The translations under genes were made by a program, and so were the position numbers. From assembly GCA_028826165.1 (NCBI GenBank), contig JAPDFW010000052.1, forward strand, positions 1 to 39,306: a DNA stretch of 39,306 nucleotides, read 5' to 3'. Under the pieces are notes generated by a model, which was given only the letters and a program-made list of their open reading frames with translations, was not told the DNA's origin and did not search any database. This stretch comes from Anaeramoeba ignava BMAN. Lineage: Eukaryota; Protista; Anaeramoebae. Shown here piece by piece: positions 23,670-35,400 of the stretch (position 1 is its first letter; every line of letters begins with the position of its first letter).

Positions 23670-25636
23670 TCAACAACATTTATCTTTCTTTTTTTTCTTT
23701 GCTAAATTTTGATTATTAACTTTATGAGTTTTTCTTCTTTTTGAAACAACCTTAACATTATTAAACAAATCATAACGTTGAGCGATATCAGAACAAAGTT
23801 GAGAAAAAAGGTCATCAATACCTAAACCAGTTTTAGCAGAAGTTTTAAAAACTTTAGCATTAATCTTTGCAGCATATTCAAAGACGGAATCAAAAGGGAT
23901 AATATTTCGGAGCTTCTGAATCCAAGTCGAATTTATTAGCGGCGATAAAAATGATAATATTTTCGCCGAGATTTTCTCGTAATTCATTTGCCCAATAATT
24001 TAAATTATCAAATGAACTTTGTCTTGAAATGTCATAAACTAATATTGCTGCTTTGGATAATCTATAATAAAGTGGTGCTAATGACCGAAACTGTTCTTGT
24101 CCGGATGTGTCCCAAATTCGGATCGTCATCTGATTCTCTCCTACTTCTACTTCTTTGCTGAAAAATGCTGCCCCAATTGTTGGTCGTGTTGTTCGATACT
24201 TCCCATCTACATATCTTCTTATTAAACTTGTTTTTCCTTTGTTCATTTTAATTTTCGAATTGATTTTGATTTTGAAATTGAAATTGATTTTGATTTTGAT
24301 TTTGAAATTGATTTATATTTTGATTTTGAAATTGATTTTGAAATTGAAATTGAAATTGATTTTGAAATTGAAATTGATTTTGAAATTGAAATTGAAATTG
24401 ATTTTGAAATTGATTTTGATTTTGAAATTGAAATTGATTTTGAAATTGAAATTGATTTTGAAATTGAAATTGATTTTGAAATTAAAATTGATTTTGAAAT
24501 TGAAATTGAAATTGAAATTGAAATTGATTTTGAAATTGAAATTGAAATTGAAATTGAAATTGAAATTGAAATTGAAATTAAATTTGAAATTGATTTTGAT
24601 TTTGAAATTGAAATTGATTTTAAAATTGATTTTGAAATTGAAATTGAAATTGATTTTGAAATTGAAATTGATTTTGGAATTGATTTTGAAATTGAAATTG
24701 AAATTGATTTTGATTTTGAAATTGATTTTGATTTTGAAATTGAAATTGAAATTGATTTTGAAATTGAAATTGAAATTGAAATTGAAATTGAAATTGAAAT
24801 TGAAATTGATTTTGAAATTGATTTTGATTTTGAAATTGAAATTGATTTTGAAATTGAAATTGATTTTAAAATTGAAATTAAAATTGAATTTGAAATTGAA
24901 TTTGAAATTGATTTTGAAATTGAAATTGAAATTGATTTTGATTTTGAAATTGAAATTGATTTTGAAATTGATTTTGAAATTGAAATTGAAATTGAAATTG
25001 GAATTGAATTTGAAATTGAAATTGAAATTGAAATTGATTTTGAAATTGATTTTGATTTTGAAATTGAAATTGATTTTGAAATTGAAATTGATTTTAAAAT
25101 TGATTTTGAAATTGAAATTGATTTTGAAATTGAAATTAAATTTGAAATTGAAATTGATTTTGAAATTGAAATTGATTTTGAAATTGAAATTGATTTTGAA
25201 ATTGAAATTGAATTTGAAATTGATTTTGAAATTGAAATTAAATTTGAAATTGAAATTGAATTTGATTTTGAAATTGAATTTGAAATTGAAATTGATTTTT
25301 ATTTTGATTTTAAAATTGAAATTGATTTTGAAATTGAAATTGATTTTGAAATTGAAATTGATTTTGAAATTGATTTTGAAATTGAAATTGATTTTGAAAT
25401 TGAAATTGAATTTGAAATTGAAATTGATTTTGAAATTGAAATTGATTTTGAAATTGATTTTGAAATTGAAATTAAATTTGAAATTGATTTTGATTTTAAT
25501 TGAGATTTTGATTGAATTGATCTTTAGAAAATGGGGTTTAAAAAAATTTACCAACATCAATATCACCGAGAAGAACAATTTTAACAGCATTTTCATCTGC
25601 ATCAAAAGTATCAACTGATTTTTTTTTTTGACTCAT
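23670..25636 (-). CDS. Rab GTPase of the Rab5/21/22 (endosomal) group; intron 24237-25551; probable 1-nt frameshift near 23905-23920
   Basis: KIVLLGDIDVG|KTSL, PTIGAAFFSK, IWDTSGQEQFRSLAPLYYR, AAILVYDIS, NKFD, TSAKTG and a C-terminal polybasic KKKKKDKCC prenylation motif. Confidence 0.93.
24237..25551 (-). repeat. Rab intron (1315 nt) filled with TTTCAA/AAAATC hexamer mosaics
   Basis: GTT G|GTAAAT..ACAAAG|GA AAA ACA restores the P-loop. The core has no sense-strand G. Confidence 0.92.
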
Positions 25637-25918
25637 AAATTTAAATATAAATGTAAATATAAATGTAAATATAAATTTAAATGTTTTAGTTTTTTTTTTT
25701 TTTTGCAAATAAATTTTAAATAACAAAATAAAAGAAAAATAAAAGAAAAAATAAAAAAAAAAAACCAAAAAAAATTTTTGAATTCTTGATGAAAAAAAAT
25801 AAAAAGTAAAAATAAAAGAAAAAGTTTTTTATTTGGTGTTTTTTTTTTTGGAATTTTTGGATCAATTAAATTTTAAAATTAAATTGTTGAATTAAATTGT
25901 AAAAAAAAAAAAAGAATT

Positions 25919-28900
25919 TTATCTCCATTTTTGATAAAATTCTAAAAGATAAACGATCACAGATTTAGGTTCAGGATCTATATCAATCATATCTTCTACA
26001 TCAAGAAATTTCTCAATTCCATATTCTTTTTCTGCTAAGTTAAATGCAAGTGTAAAATTCTTTTCTTTATCATCCTAATTAAGATTTAAAAATAAAATAA
26101 AAATTTAAATTAAAAGATTATTTTTTGGTTCGAAATTTACTGGAGTTAATTCATTAAAATTAAAAAGTTTTGGATTTTCAGAATGAACAAGTGCACAGAA
26201 AGCTAATCCATCTTTCCAACTAAATAAATTTGAAATGAAATAAATTTTAGAAATGAAATTAATTTTAAACATGAAATGAAATATTTTTTAAATTGAAATT
26301 AATTTTAAACATGAAATGAAATATTTTTTAAATCGAAATTAATTTTAAACATGAAATGAAATATTTTTTAAAAATGAAATGAAATATTTTTTAGAAATGA
26401 AATTAATTTTAAACATGAAATGAAATAAATTTTAAACATGAAATGAAATATTTTTTAAATTGAAATATTTTTTAAAAATAAATTGTTTTGGTTTAAATAA
26501 AAATAACCTTTTTGAGAAATTTTGAACATTAACATTTGGATAATCATTAACTCTTCTTTGACACCAAATCAAAAGTTGTTGTGTTTTTGTAAGAGTTTTA
26601 GAACTTCTTGCAGCACGAGGCCTATTAAATGTTTGTTTTGGACTATGAGTTGGAGCTCTTTGCAAAGGATTAGTATTTCTTGTTGGAGGTTTTTGTGGAC
26701 CTTTTTGTAAAATATTTGCTAAATTGTTTTTGAAAGCATTATTTCTTGTTGTTTTTTGATCAATTTGTGGTTTTACTTCTGGTTTTACTTCTGGTTTTTC
26801 ATTTGTTTCAGTTTTTTTTTTAATTTGAAATGGTCTTTGTTGAAATCGTGGTTTAATAATATTTTTTTTCTCTTCTGGTTTTTGATTAAAAGCTGCTAAA
26901 TTTTTTTTAAAATCAATACTTTTGTTTTCAACTGTTTTTTCTTCTTCTTCTTTTGTTTCTTCTTTTGTTTCTTGTTTTGTTTCTTGTTTTGTTTCTTGTT
27001 TTGTTTCTTGTTTTGGAATTTCTGGTTTTTTTTGAATTGGTGATCTTCTTATTGGAATTTTTTTCTTCTGATTTTTGATTAAAAGCTGTTAAATTTTTTT
27101 TAAAATCAATTCTTTTGTTTTCAACTGTTTTTTCTTCTTCTTCTTTTGTTTCTTCTTTTGTTTCTTGTTTTGTTTCTTGTTTTGTTTCTTGTTTTGTTTC
27201 TTGTTTTGGAATTTCTGGTTTTTTTTGAATTGGTGATCTTCTTATTGGAACTTTTTTTTCTTCTGGTTTTTGATTAAAAGCTGCTAAATTTTTTTTAAAA
27301 TCAATTCTTTTGTTTTCAACTGTTTTTTCTTCTTCTTCTTTTGTGTTTTCTTCTTTTTTTTTTGTTTTGTTTCTTGTTTTGTTTCTTCTTTTAGAATTTC
27401 TGGTTTTTTTTGAATTGGTGATCTTCTTATTGGAATTTTTTTTCTCTTCTGGTTTTTGATTAAAAGCTGCTAAATTTTTTTTAAAATCAATTCTTTTGTT
27501 TTCAACTGTTTTTTCTTCTTCTTCTTTTGTTTTTTCTTTTGTTTCTTGTTTTGTTTCTTGTTTTGGAATTTCTGGTTTTTTTTGAATTGGTGATCTTCTT
27601 ATTGGAACTTTTTCTTCTGGTTTTTGATTAAAAGCTGCTAAATTTTTTTTAAAATCAATTCTTTTGTTTTCAACTGTTTTTTCTTCTTCTTCTTTTGTTT
27701 TTTCTTTTGTTTCCTGTTTTGTTTCTTCTTTTGGAATTTCTGGTTGTTTTAATGGTTTTTTTTGTGGAAAAACAACTTTTCGATTTTTGAATTCTTGAGC
27801 TAGTTTTCCTGAAAATACTCGTGCATTTACATTTTTTCTTCGAGAAAAAATACTAGTCTTTGGTTTAGATTCTTTTTTATCTTCAATTTGTTGTTTATCT
27901 TCAATTTGTTGTTTATCTTCAATTTGTTGTTTATCTTCGATTTCTTGTTTATCTTCTATTTCTTGTTTATCTTCTATTTGTTGTTTATCTTCAATTTCTT
28001 GTTTATCTTCAATTTCTTGTTTATCTTCAATTTGTTTTTTATCTTCAATTTCTTTTTTATCTTCAATTTGTTGTTTATCTTCAATTTGTTGTTTATCTTC
28101 AATTTGTTGTTTATCTTCAATTTGTTTTTTATCTTCAATTTGTTTTTTATCTTCTATTTGTTGTTTATCTTCAATTTGTTGTTTATCTTCAATTTGTTTT
28201 TTATCTTCAATTTGTTTTTCTTCTTTTTTTTTCTGTTTATCTTCAATTTCTTTTTATCTTCAATTTGTTTATCTTCAGTTTTTGTTTTTATCTTCTATTT
28301 GTTGTTTATCTTCAATTTGTTTTTTATCTTCAATTTGTTTTTTATCTTCTATTTGTTGTTTATCTTCAATTTCTTGTTTATCTTCAATTTGTTTTTTATC
28401 TTCAATTTGTTGTTTATCTTCAATTTGTTTTTTATCTTCAATTTGTTTTTTATCTTCAATTTGTTGTTTATCTTCAATTTGTTGTTTATCTTCTATTTGT
28501 TGTTTATCTTCAATTTCTTGTTTATCTTCAATTTGTTGTTTATCTTCAATTTGTTTTTTATCTTCAATTTGTTGTTTATCTTCAATTTGTTTTTTATCTT
28601 CAATTTGTTTTTTATCTTCAATTTGTTGTTTATCTTTTGATGGATTTAATCGAGATTTTAAGTTTTTTTTTCGAGAAAAAACACTAGGTTTTGGTTTCGA
28701 TTTTAGTTTTTGTTTTTGTTTTTCTTGTTCAATCTCAATTTCTTTTTGTTTTTGTTTTTGTTTTTCTTGTTCAATTTCAATTTGTTTTTGTTTTTGTTTT
28801 TCAATTTCAATTTGTTTTTGTTTTTGTTTTTCAATCTCAATTTGTTTTTGTTTTTGTTTTTCTTGTTCAATCTCAATTTGCTTTTGTTTTTGTTTTTGTT

Positions 28901-29233
28901 TTTCTTGTTCAATTTCAATTTGTTTTTGTTTTTGTTTTTCAATTTCAATTTGTTTTTGTTTTTGTTTTTCTTGTTCAATTTGTTTTTGTTTTTGTTTTTG
29001 TTTTTGTTTATTTCAATTTCTTTTTGTTTTTTTTGAAATTTTTTTTCGAATTCTTCTATTTTCTTATTAAATTGATCACCAGAAACTTTAGATGTTTCTT
29101 CAATTAATTTATTTAGTTTCATTACTTGAGTTTCAATATCTTCATTCCATAATAAAAATTTAACAATAATCAAAACACAAATAATGGAAATAATTAAAAG
29201 GTTGATAATCAAAATTAATAGAAAAAAATCCAT
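25919..29233 (-). CDS. N-terminally membrane-anchored repeat-rich protein with a C-terminal type-2 calponin-homology domain (smoothelin/EHBP1/MICAL-like CH)
   Basis: Hydrophobic N-terminus FFLLILIINLLIISIICVLIIVKFLLW, then KQ/IEDKQQ repeats, then CH domain LLIWCQRRVNDYPNVNVQNFSKS|WKDGLAFCALVH..P|..NFTLAFNLAEKEYGIEKFLDVEDM..PEPKSVIVYLLEFYQKWR*. Introns are at 26220-26507 and 26075-26140. Several indels fall in the repeats, so continuity is inferred. Confidence 0.78.
26870..27745 (-). repeat. Five ~170-195-bp coding repeats (..PIRRSPIQKKPEIPKQETK..EEEEKTVENKRIDFKKNLAAFNQKPE)
   Basis: Near-identical blocks begin on the + strand at about 26873, 27067, 27261, 27448 and 27615. Confidence 0.88.
27878..28637 (-). 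repeat. 18-bp coding repeat (IEDKQQ/IEDKKQ/IEDKQE)n
   Basis: Tandem TTTATCTTCAATTTGTTG units on the + strand. Confidence 0.9.
28705..29015 (-). repeat. KQKQKQIE(IE)(QE) coding repeat
   Basis: TTTTTG hexamers interleaved with TTCAAT on the + strand. Confidence 0.85.
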
Positions 29234-29442
29234 TTAAAAAAAATTTTGCTTTTTTTTTTGTTTTTTATTGTTAAAAAAATGAAAAAGAAAAAAATGAAAA
29301 AAATTTTTTTTCTCTTTTTTAATTTTTAATTTTTCATTTTTTTTCTTTCTTCTTTTTTTTTTTTTCTTTATTATTTTTTAATCATATTATTTCTATTTTG
29401 TTATTTTAAAATTTTAGTTAAAGAAAAAAAAACCATTTTTTA

Positions 29443-32400
29443 ATGTCTTTTTTTATTCAAAATATTTCTAAATTATCAAAAAAGAAATTAAATTTTTCTT
29501 TTTTGAAAAATCACTTTTCAAAAAATTACAAAGATGAAAATTATTTTTTAAACAAAAAAAACACAGAAGAAATACAAAAAATTTGGAAACAAAGACCAAA
29601 AATAGAAAATGTTTCATTTCAAAAAACAATTATTTATAAAATTATTTATAAAATTATTTATAAAATTAAATATAAAATTATTTATAAAATTATTTATAAA
29701 ATTATTTATAAAATTATTTATAAAATTATTTATAAAATTAATTATAAAATTAATTATAAAATTAATTATAAAATTATTAATAAAATTATTTATAAAATTA
29801 TTTATAAAATTATATATAAAATTATTTATAAAATTATTTATAAAATTAAATATAAAAATTATTTATAAAATTATTTATTAAATTATTTATGAAAATTATT
29901 AAATTATTAATAAAATTAATTATAAAATTATTTATAAAATTATTTATAAAATTATTTATAAAATTATTTATAAAATTATTAATAAAATTAATTATAAAAT
30001 TATTTATAAAATTAAATATAAAATTATTTATAAAATTAAATATAAAATTATTTATAAAATTATTTATAAAATTATTTATAAAATTAAATATAAAATTATT
30101 TATAAAATTATTTAATATAAAATTAAATATAAAAATTAAATATAAAATTATTTATAAAATTTAATATAAAATTATTTATAAAATTATTTATAAAAATTAA
30201 ATATAAAATTATTTTATAAAAAAAATATAAAATTAATTATTAAAATTATTTATTAAAAATTAAATATAAAATTATTTATAAAATTATTTATAAAATTAAT
30301 TATAAAATATATAAAATTATTTATAAAATTATTTATAAAAATAAAATATAAAATTATTTATAAAATTATTTATAAAATTATTTATAAAATTATTTATAAA
30401 ATTAATTATAAAATTATTTATAAAATTATATATAAAATTATTTATAAAATTAATTATAAAATTAATTATAAAATTATTTATAAAATTAATTATAAAATTT
30501 ATTTATAAAATTATTTATAAAATTATTTATAAAATTATTTATAAAATTATTTATAAAATTATTAAATTATTAATAAAATTAATTATAAAATTATTTATAA
30601 AATTATTTATAAAATTATTTATAAAATTATTTTATAAAATTAATTATAAATTAAAAAATTATTTATAATTATTTATAAAATTATTTATAAAATTATTTAT
30701 AAAATTATTTATAAAATTATTTTATAAAATTAATTATAAAATTATTTATAAAATTATTTATAAAATTATTTATAAAATTATTTATAAAATTATTTATAAA
30801 ATTATTTATATAAAATTATTTACTAAAATTAATTATAAAATTATTTATAAAATTTATAAAATTATTTATAAAATTATTTATAAAATTATTTATAAAATTA
30901 TTTATAAAATTATTTATAAAATTATTTATAAAATTAAATATAAAATTATTTATAAAATTAATTATAAAATTAATTATAAAATTATTTATAAAAATTTATT
31001 ATTTATAAAATTATTTATAAAATTATTAATAAAATTATTTATAAAATTATTTATAAAATTATTTATAAAATTATTTATAAAATTATTTATAAAATTAAAA
31101 TATAAAATTATTTATAAAATTATTTATAAAAATTAAATATAAAAATTAAATATAAAATTATTTATAAAATTATTTATAAAATTAAAAGCTATAAAATTAT
31201 TTATAAAATTATTTATAAAATTAAATATAAAAATTAAATATAAAATTATAAAATAAAATTAATTTATAAAATTATTTATAAAATTATTTATAAAATTAAT
31301 TATAAAATTATTTATAAAATTATTTATAAAATTATTATAAAATTATTTATAAAATTATTTATAAAATTAATTATAAAAATTATTTATAAAATTAAATATA
31401 AAATTATTTAAATAAAAATTTTATTTATAAAATTATTTATTAAATTGAAATTATTTATAAAATTATTTTATAAAATTAATTATAAAATTATTTATAAAAT
31501 TATTTATAAAATTATTTATAAAATTATTTATAAAATTATTTATAAAATTAATTATAAAATTATTTATAAAATTATTTATAAAATTATTTATAAAATTATT
31601 TATAAAATTATTTTATAAAATTAATAAAAAAATTTATAATAAAATTATTTATAAAATTAAATATAAAATATAAAATTATTTATAAAATTATTTTATAAAA
31701 ATTATTTATAAAATTAAATATAAAATTAAATAAAATTATTTATAAAATTAAATATAAAATTAAATATAAAATTATTTATAAAATTTATTATAAAATTATT
31801 TATAAAATTAATTATAAAAATTAATTATAAAAAAATAAAATTAAATATAAAATTAAATATAAAATTATTTATAAAAATTAATTATAAAATTATTTATAAA
31901 ATTATTTATAAAATTATTTATAAAATTAAATATAAAATTAAATATAAAATTAATTATAAAATTATTAATAAAATTATTTATAAAATTATTTATAAAATTA
32001 ATTATAAAATTATTTATAAAATTATTTATAAAATTATTTATAAAATTATTTATAAAATTAATTATAAAATTAATTTATAAAATTATTAATAAAATTATTT
32101 ATAAAATTATTTATAAAATTATTTATAAAATTATTTATAAAATTATTTATAAAATTATTTATAAAATTATTTATAAAATTATTTATAAAATTATTTATAA
32201 AATTATTTATAAAATTATTTATAAAATTAAATATAAAATTATTTATAAAATTATTTATAAAATTAAATATAAAATTATTTATAAAATTATTTATAAAATT
32301 ATTTATAAAATTATTTATAAAATTATTTATAAAATTATTTATAAAATTATTTATAAAATTATTTATAAAATTATTTATAAAATTATTTATAAAATTATTT

Positions 32401-35400
32401 ATAAAATTATTTATAAAATTATTTATAAAATTATTTATAAAATTATTTATAAAATTATTTATAAAATTAAATATAAAATTATTTATAAAATTATAAAATT
32501 TTTAATAGGAAAAAGAAAGAAGAGTTTGGTTTTTTAACTTTGCAAAAATTCTCCTTTTAGAAAAAAACCAAAATTTAATCGAAACAAATTCTTCTCTTTT
32601 AAAAACTTTCATTTCAAATACAAAACAATTCCAATCTTTACTTGATTCAGGAGAAATTTATCCCTTTGAATTACTTTTAGAAACTATTTATCTTTTATTT
32701 AAATTAAAAAATTTAACTTTTTCAGGTTTAATTTCTCAAATTTTTTTATTCAGAAAAAAAAAACAAAGACAAAATAATATTTATCAAGTTTTTATTTGAA
32801 TTGATTTAGAAATTAATTTAAATGAATATCAGAATTTTTATGTTTCTCTTCCAATGTTTAAAATAATAACAAAATCAGTTTATAATCGAGAAATTATTTT
32901 AAAAACTGGAGCTGTTCAAATTATTTTTGACTTATTTGAAATTGCAAATCAAATAAAAGAACTCAAAAAATTTGAAAATGTAATTATATTTATAAAGTTT
33001 TCTAAAATTTATCAATTTTTACTTTCTTTTTTTTTTTTTAGGATTTAATTAAATCGATTCATTCAATTCAATTTTCGGAATTTTTCTTATCAAATATTTG
33101 CTCAATACTTTTAAACTTTTTAGATGCAAATAATACTTCTATTAATAAATATAAATGGATGGAAAATGGGAAATTAATTCCATTATTAATAAGTAAATTT
33201 TAATTTTAATTTTAATTTTAATTTTAATCTTAATTTAAAAAAAAATTGTTTTTTTTTTGTTAGGTTTATTTAATCAAAGTTTTCGAATCTCAAATAATTC
33301 TTTATGCACTCTAGTTCATTATAAAAATGAAATGAAATTTTTGAAAATATTTCAAGTTTTAATTCAACAAAAAATTATCAAAGATGATCCAACTTTGGAA
33401 ATTTCAGATTTATTAATTAAAACATTTAATCCACCCAATTTTGAAAAACCAATAATTGGAGATATCGATACTTTTTACAAACTTTACAAAATCAAATTCG
33501 ATATTTTCAAAAGAAAATCAAAATCTCAATTTAGATGAAAATAATCAGGAACAGAATGATATTTCTTTTCAAATTAAACAAAATGCTCATTTAACTCGAA
33601 TTTTTGTTATTGAAATACTCGAAAATTTAATTGTTAAATATCCTCATTTAATTTACCAAATTGGACAGAAAAATTCAATCACAATTTTAGTTGATTATAT
33701 TTTATCAATTATCGTCACTTTTTCATCCAAAGATATTTTTAACAAAAAACAAAGTGATGAAGAAAAAAACAATTCAAACAATTTAAATGATAATAAGCAA
33801 GTTTTGGATTCAGAAAAACTTCCAGAAAAACTCAATTTTGATATGGAAAAATCTCCTTTTTCTTGCTTCCAATATTACAACTCAAAATATAATATTATTC
33901 AACTTGATTTATCAAGTCTTTCTTTTGACAATCTATTTTCAAACCAAATATTTTCTCGTCTTTTCCAAGCCATTTCGCAATTTTATGAATCAATTTATAA
34001 AATTGAACTCCAACAACAAGAAAAACAAAAAGAACAGCAAAACAACCAACAAAATATTCAGGAAAATAAGCAAGAAATTCAAAATTTTTATTTTTCTCAG
34101 CGATTTTTCAGCATTTTTATCGGTATTTTCAAACCCGATTTCCGCAAAAACATCTATGAATCAAGTAGCGCGTGATTACATTTCAAATATCAATCCAGAA
34201 ATCCAATTTTATATTCTTTTAGAAACTGAAAAATTATTCAGAAAAAAAGTTCTTTCTTTCATCAAAATGAGTGATTTTTGGAGATTATTTTTTACAAAAT
34301 ATTTTTATTGCCGATTGAATCCAGTAAATTTGTTTTAATCAGAAAAAAAAGCAAACAAGCATATTAATTCATATGAATGTTGTTTTTTTTTTGTTTCTTT
34401 TTTTGTTTAGGATTGGAATGAAAATTTTCAACCAGAACTTTTTATTGAATTGAAAAATTATCTTTTTTATTCACTTTGGACGATCACAACTTCATCATCA
34501 CAAATTTATTTTGAAGACACTATTATTTTTCTGTTTGAATTTGCACTCCAAAATGAAACAAATTTGCAGATAATTATGGATATTTTTTCGATTATTTACC
34601 AAATTCTTGATTTCAATGAAAAACACGATCAATTCCCATTAACAAATATTATAAATTCTTCTGGAATAACATCAACTTCACAAATTGTGTATAATTTGCA
34701 TTATTTGCATTTTTTATATCGCAAATCTATTCAAGAAAACGGAAATGAGCACAATGATCCACAACAATTTACGGAAGTTAGATATTTGGTGTTTGGGGTT
34801 TTTAATTGTTTACTTTCAAATTATTTCCCATCAATCAATAAGAAAAGGGAACTTAAATACCAAATTTATTCAGATATTATCACAATGAAAACATTATTAA
34901 ACTTGATTTATGAGCCTGAAACAAGGGAATTTGCTTTGAATATTTTGGAGAAGTTACTTTCTTTGGATCAATTCCAAACAAGCACTGCCAGCAATAATCT
35001 GCTAATCCATTCAATTATCAAAACTGTATCTGATATTGCAACCCAATCAAAGCCTGAGCAAATGAGAATATTTCAAATCACGCCAGAAGGTTTGATCGAA
35101 AATATTATGCAAATTTTTGCGAGAGTTATGAAGCAATATCCAAAATTTATTCAGATATTTGATACGGAGTATTTCTTCAAAGAAATGCAATCAATAATTG
35201 CGAATCCAAACATTTTTCAGCATCTTGTCTTCATATTATTTGATGTTTTCACTGTTTTGTTCCGCAATCAACGGAAAATTGTGACGTTGTTCAAAGACAT
35301 CATCAACTTCGATAAATTTGCAGAATATGTTAAGCAGATAAAAACTGAGGATAACCAATCTCGGTTATTTGAGTTCATGATGAATATGCTTGTTTATGAA

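Noticed and set aside
2324-25551. Targeted insertion of introns into P-loop glycines (RNF213-like Walker A and Rab G1)
   Set aside because: There are only two cases, and phase-1 introns in Gly codons are expected from the G|G proto-splice preference.
24155-25618. Long ORFs of 487 and 433 aa (LKLKLI / NFKINF) and similar ORFs at 13024-13390, 16711-17247, 22154-23173, 27888-29107 (+) and 29609-30164
   Set aside because: They are stop-free translations of satellites lying in introns, in UTR, or antisense to real genes.
26870-27745. CRISPR-like repeat-spacer array
   Set aside because: The intervening sequences are themselves near-identical and coding, there are no cas genes, and the context is eukaryotic.
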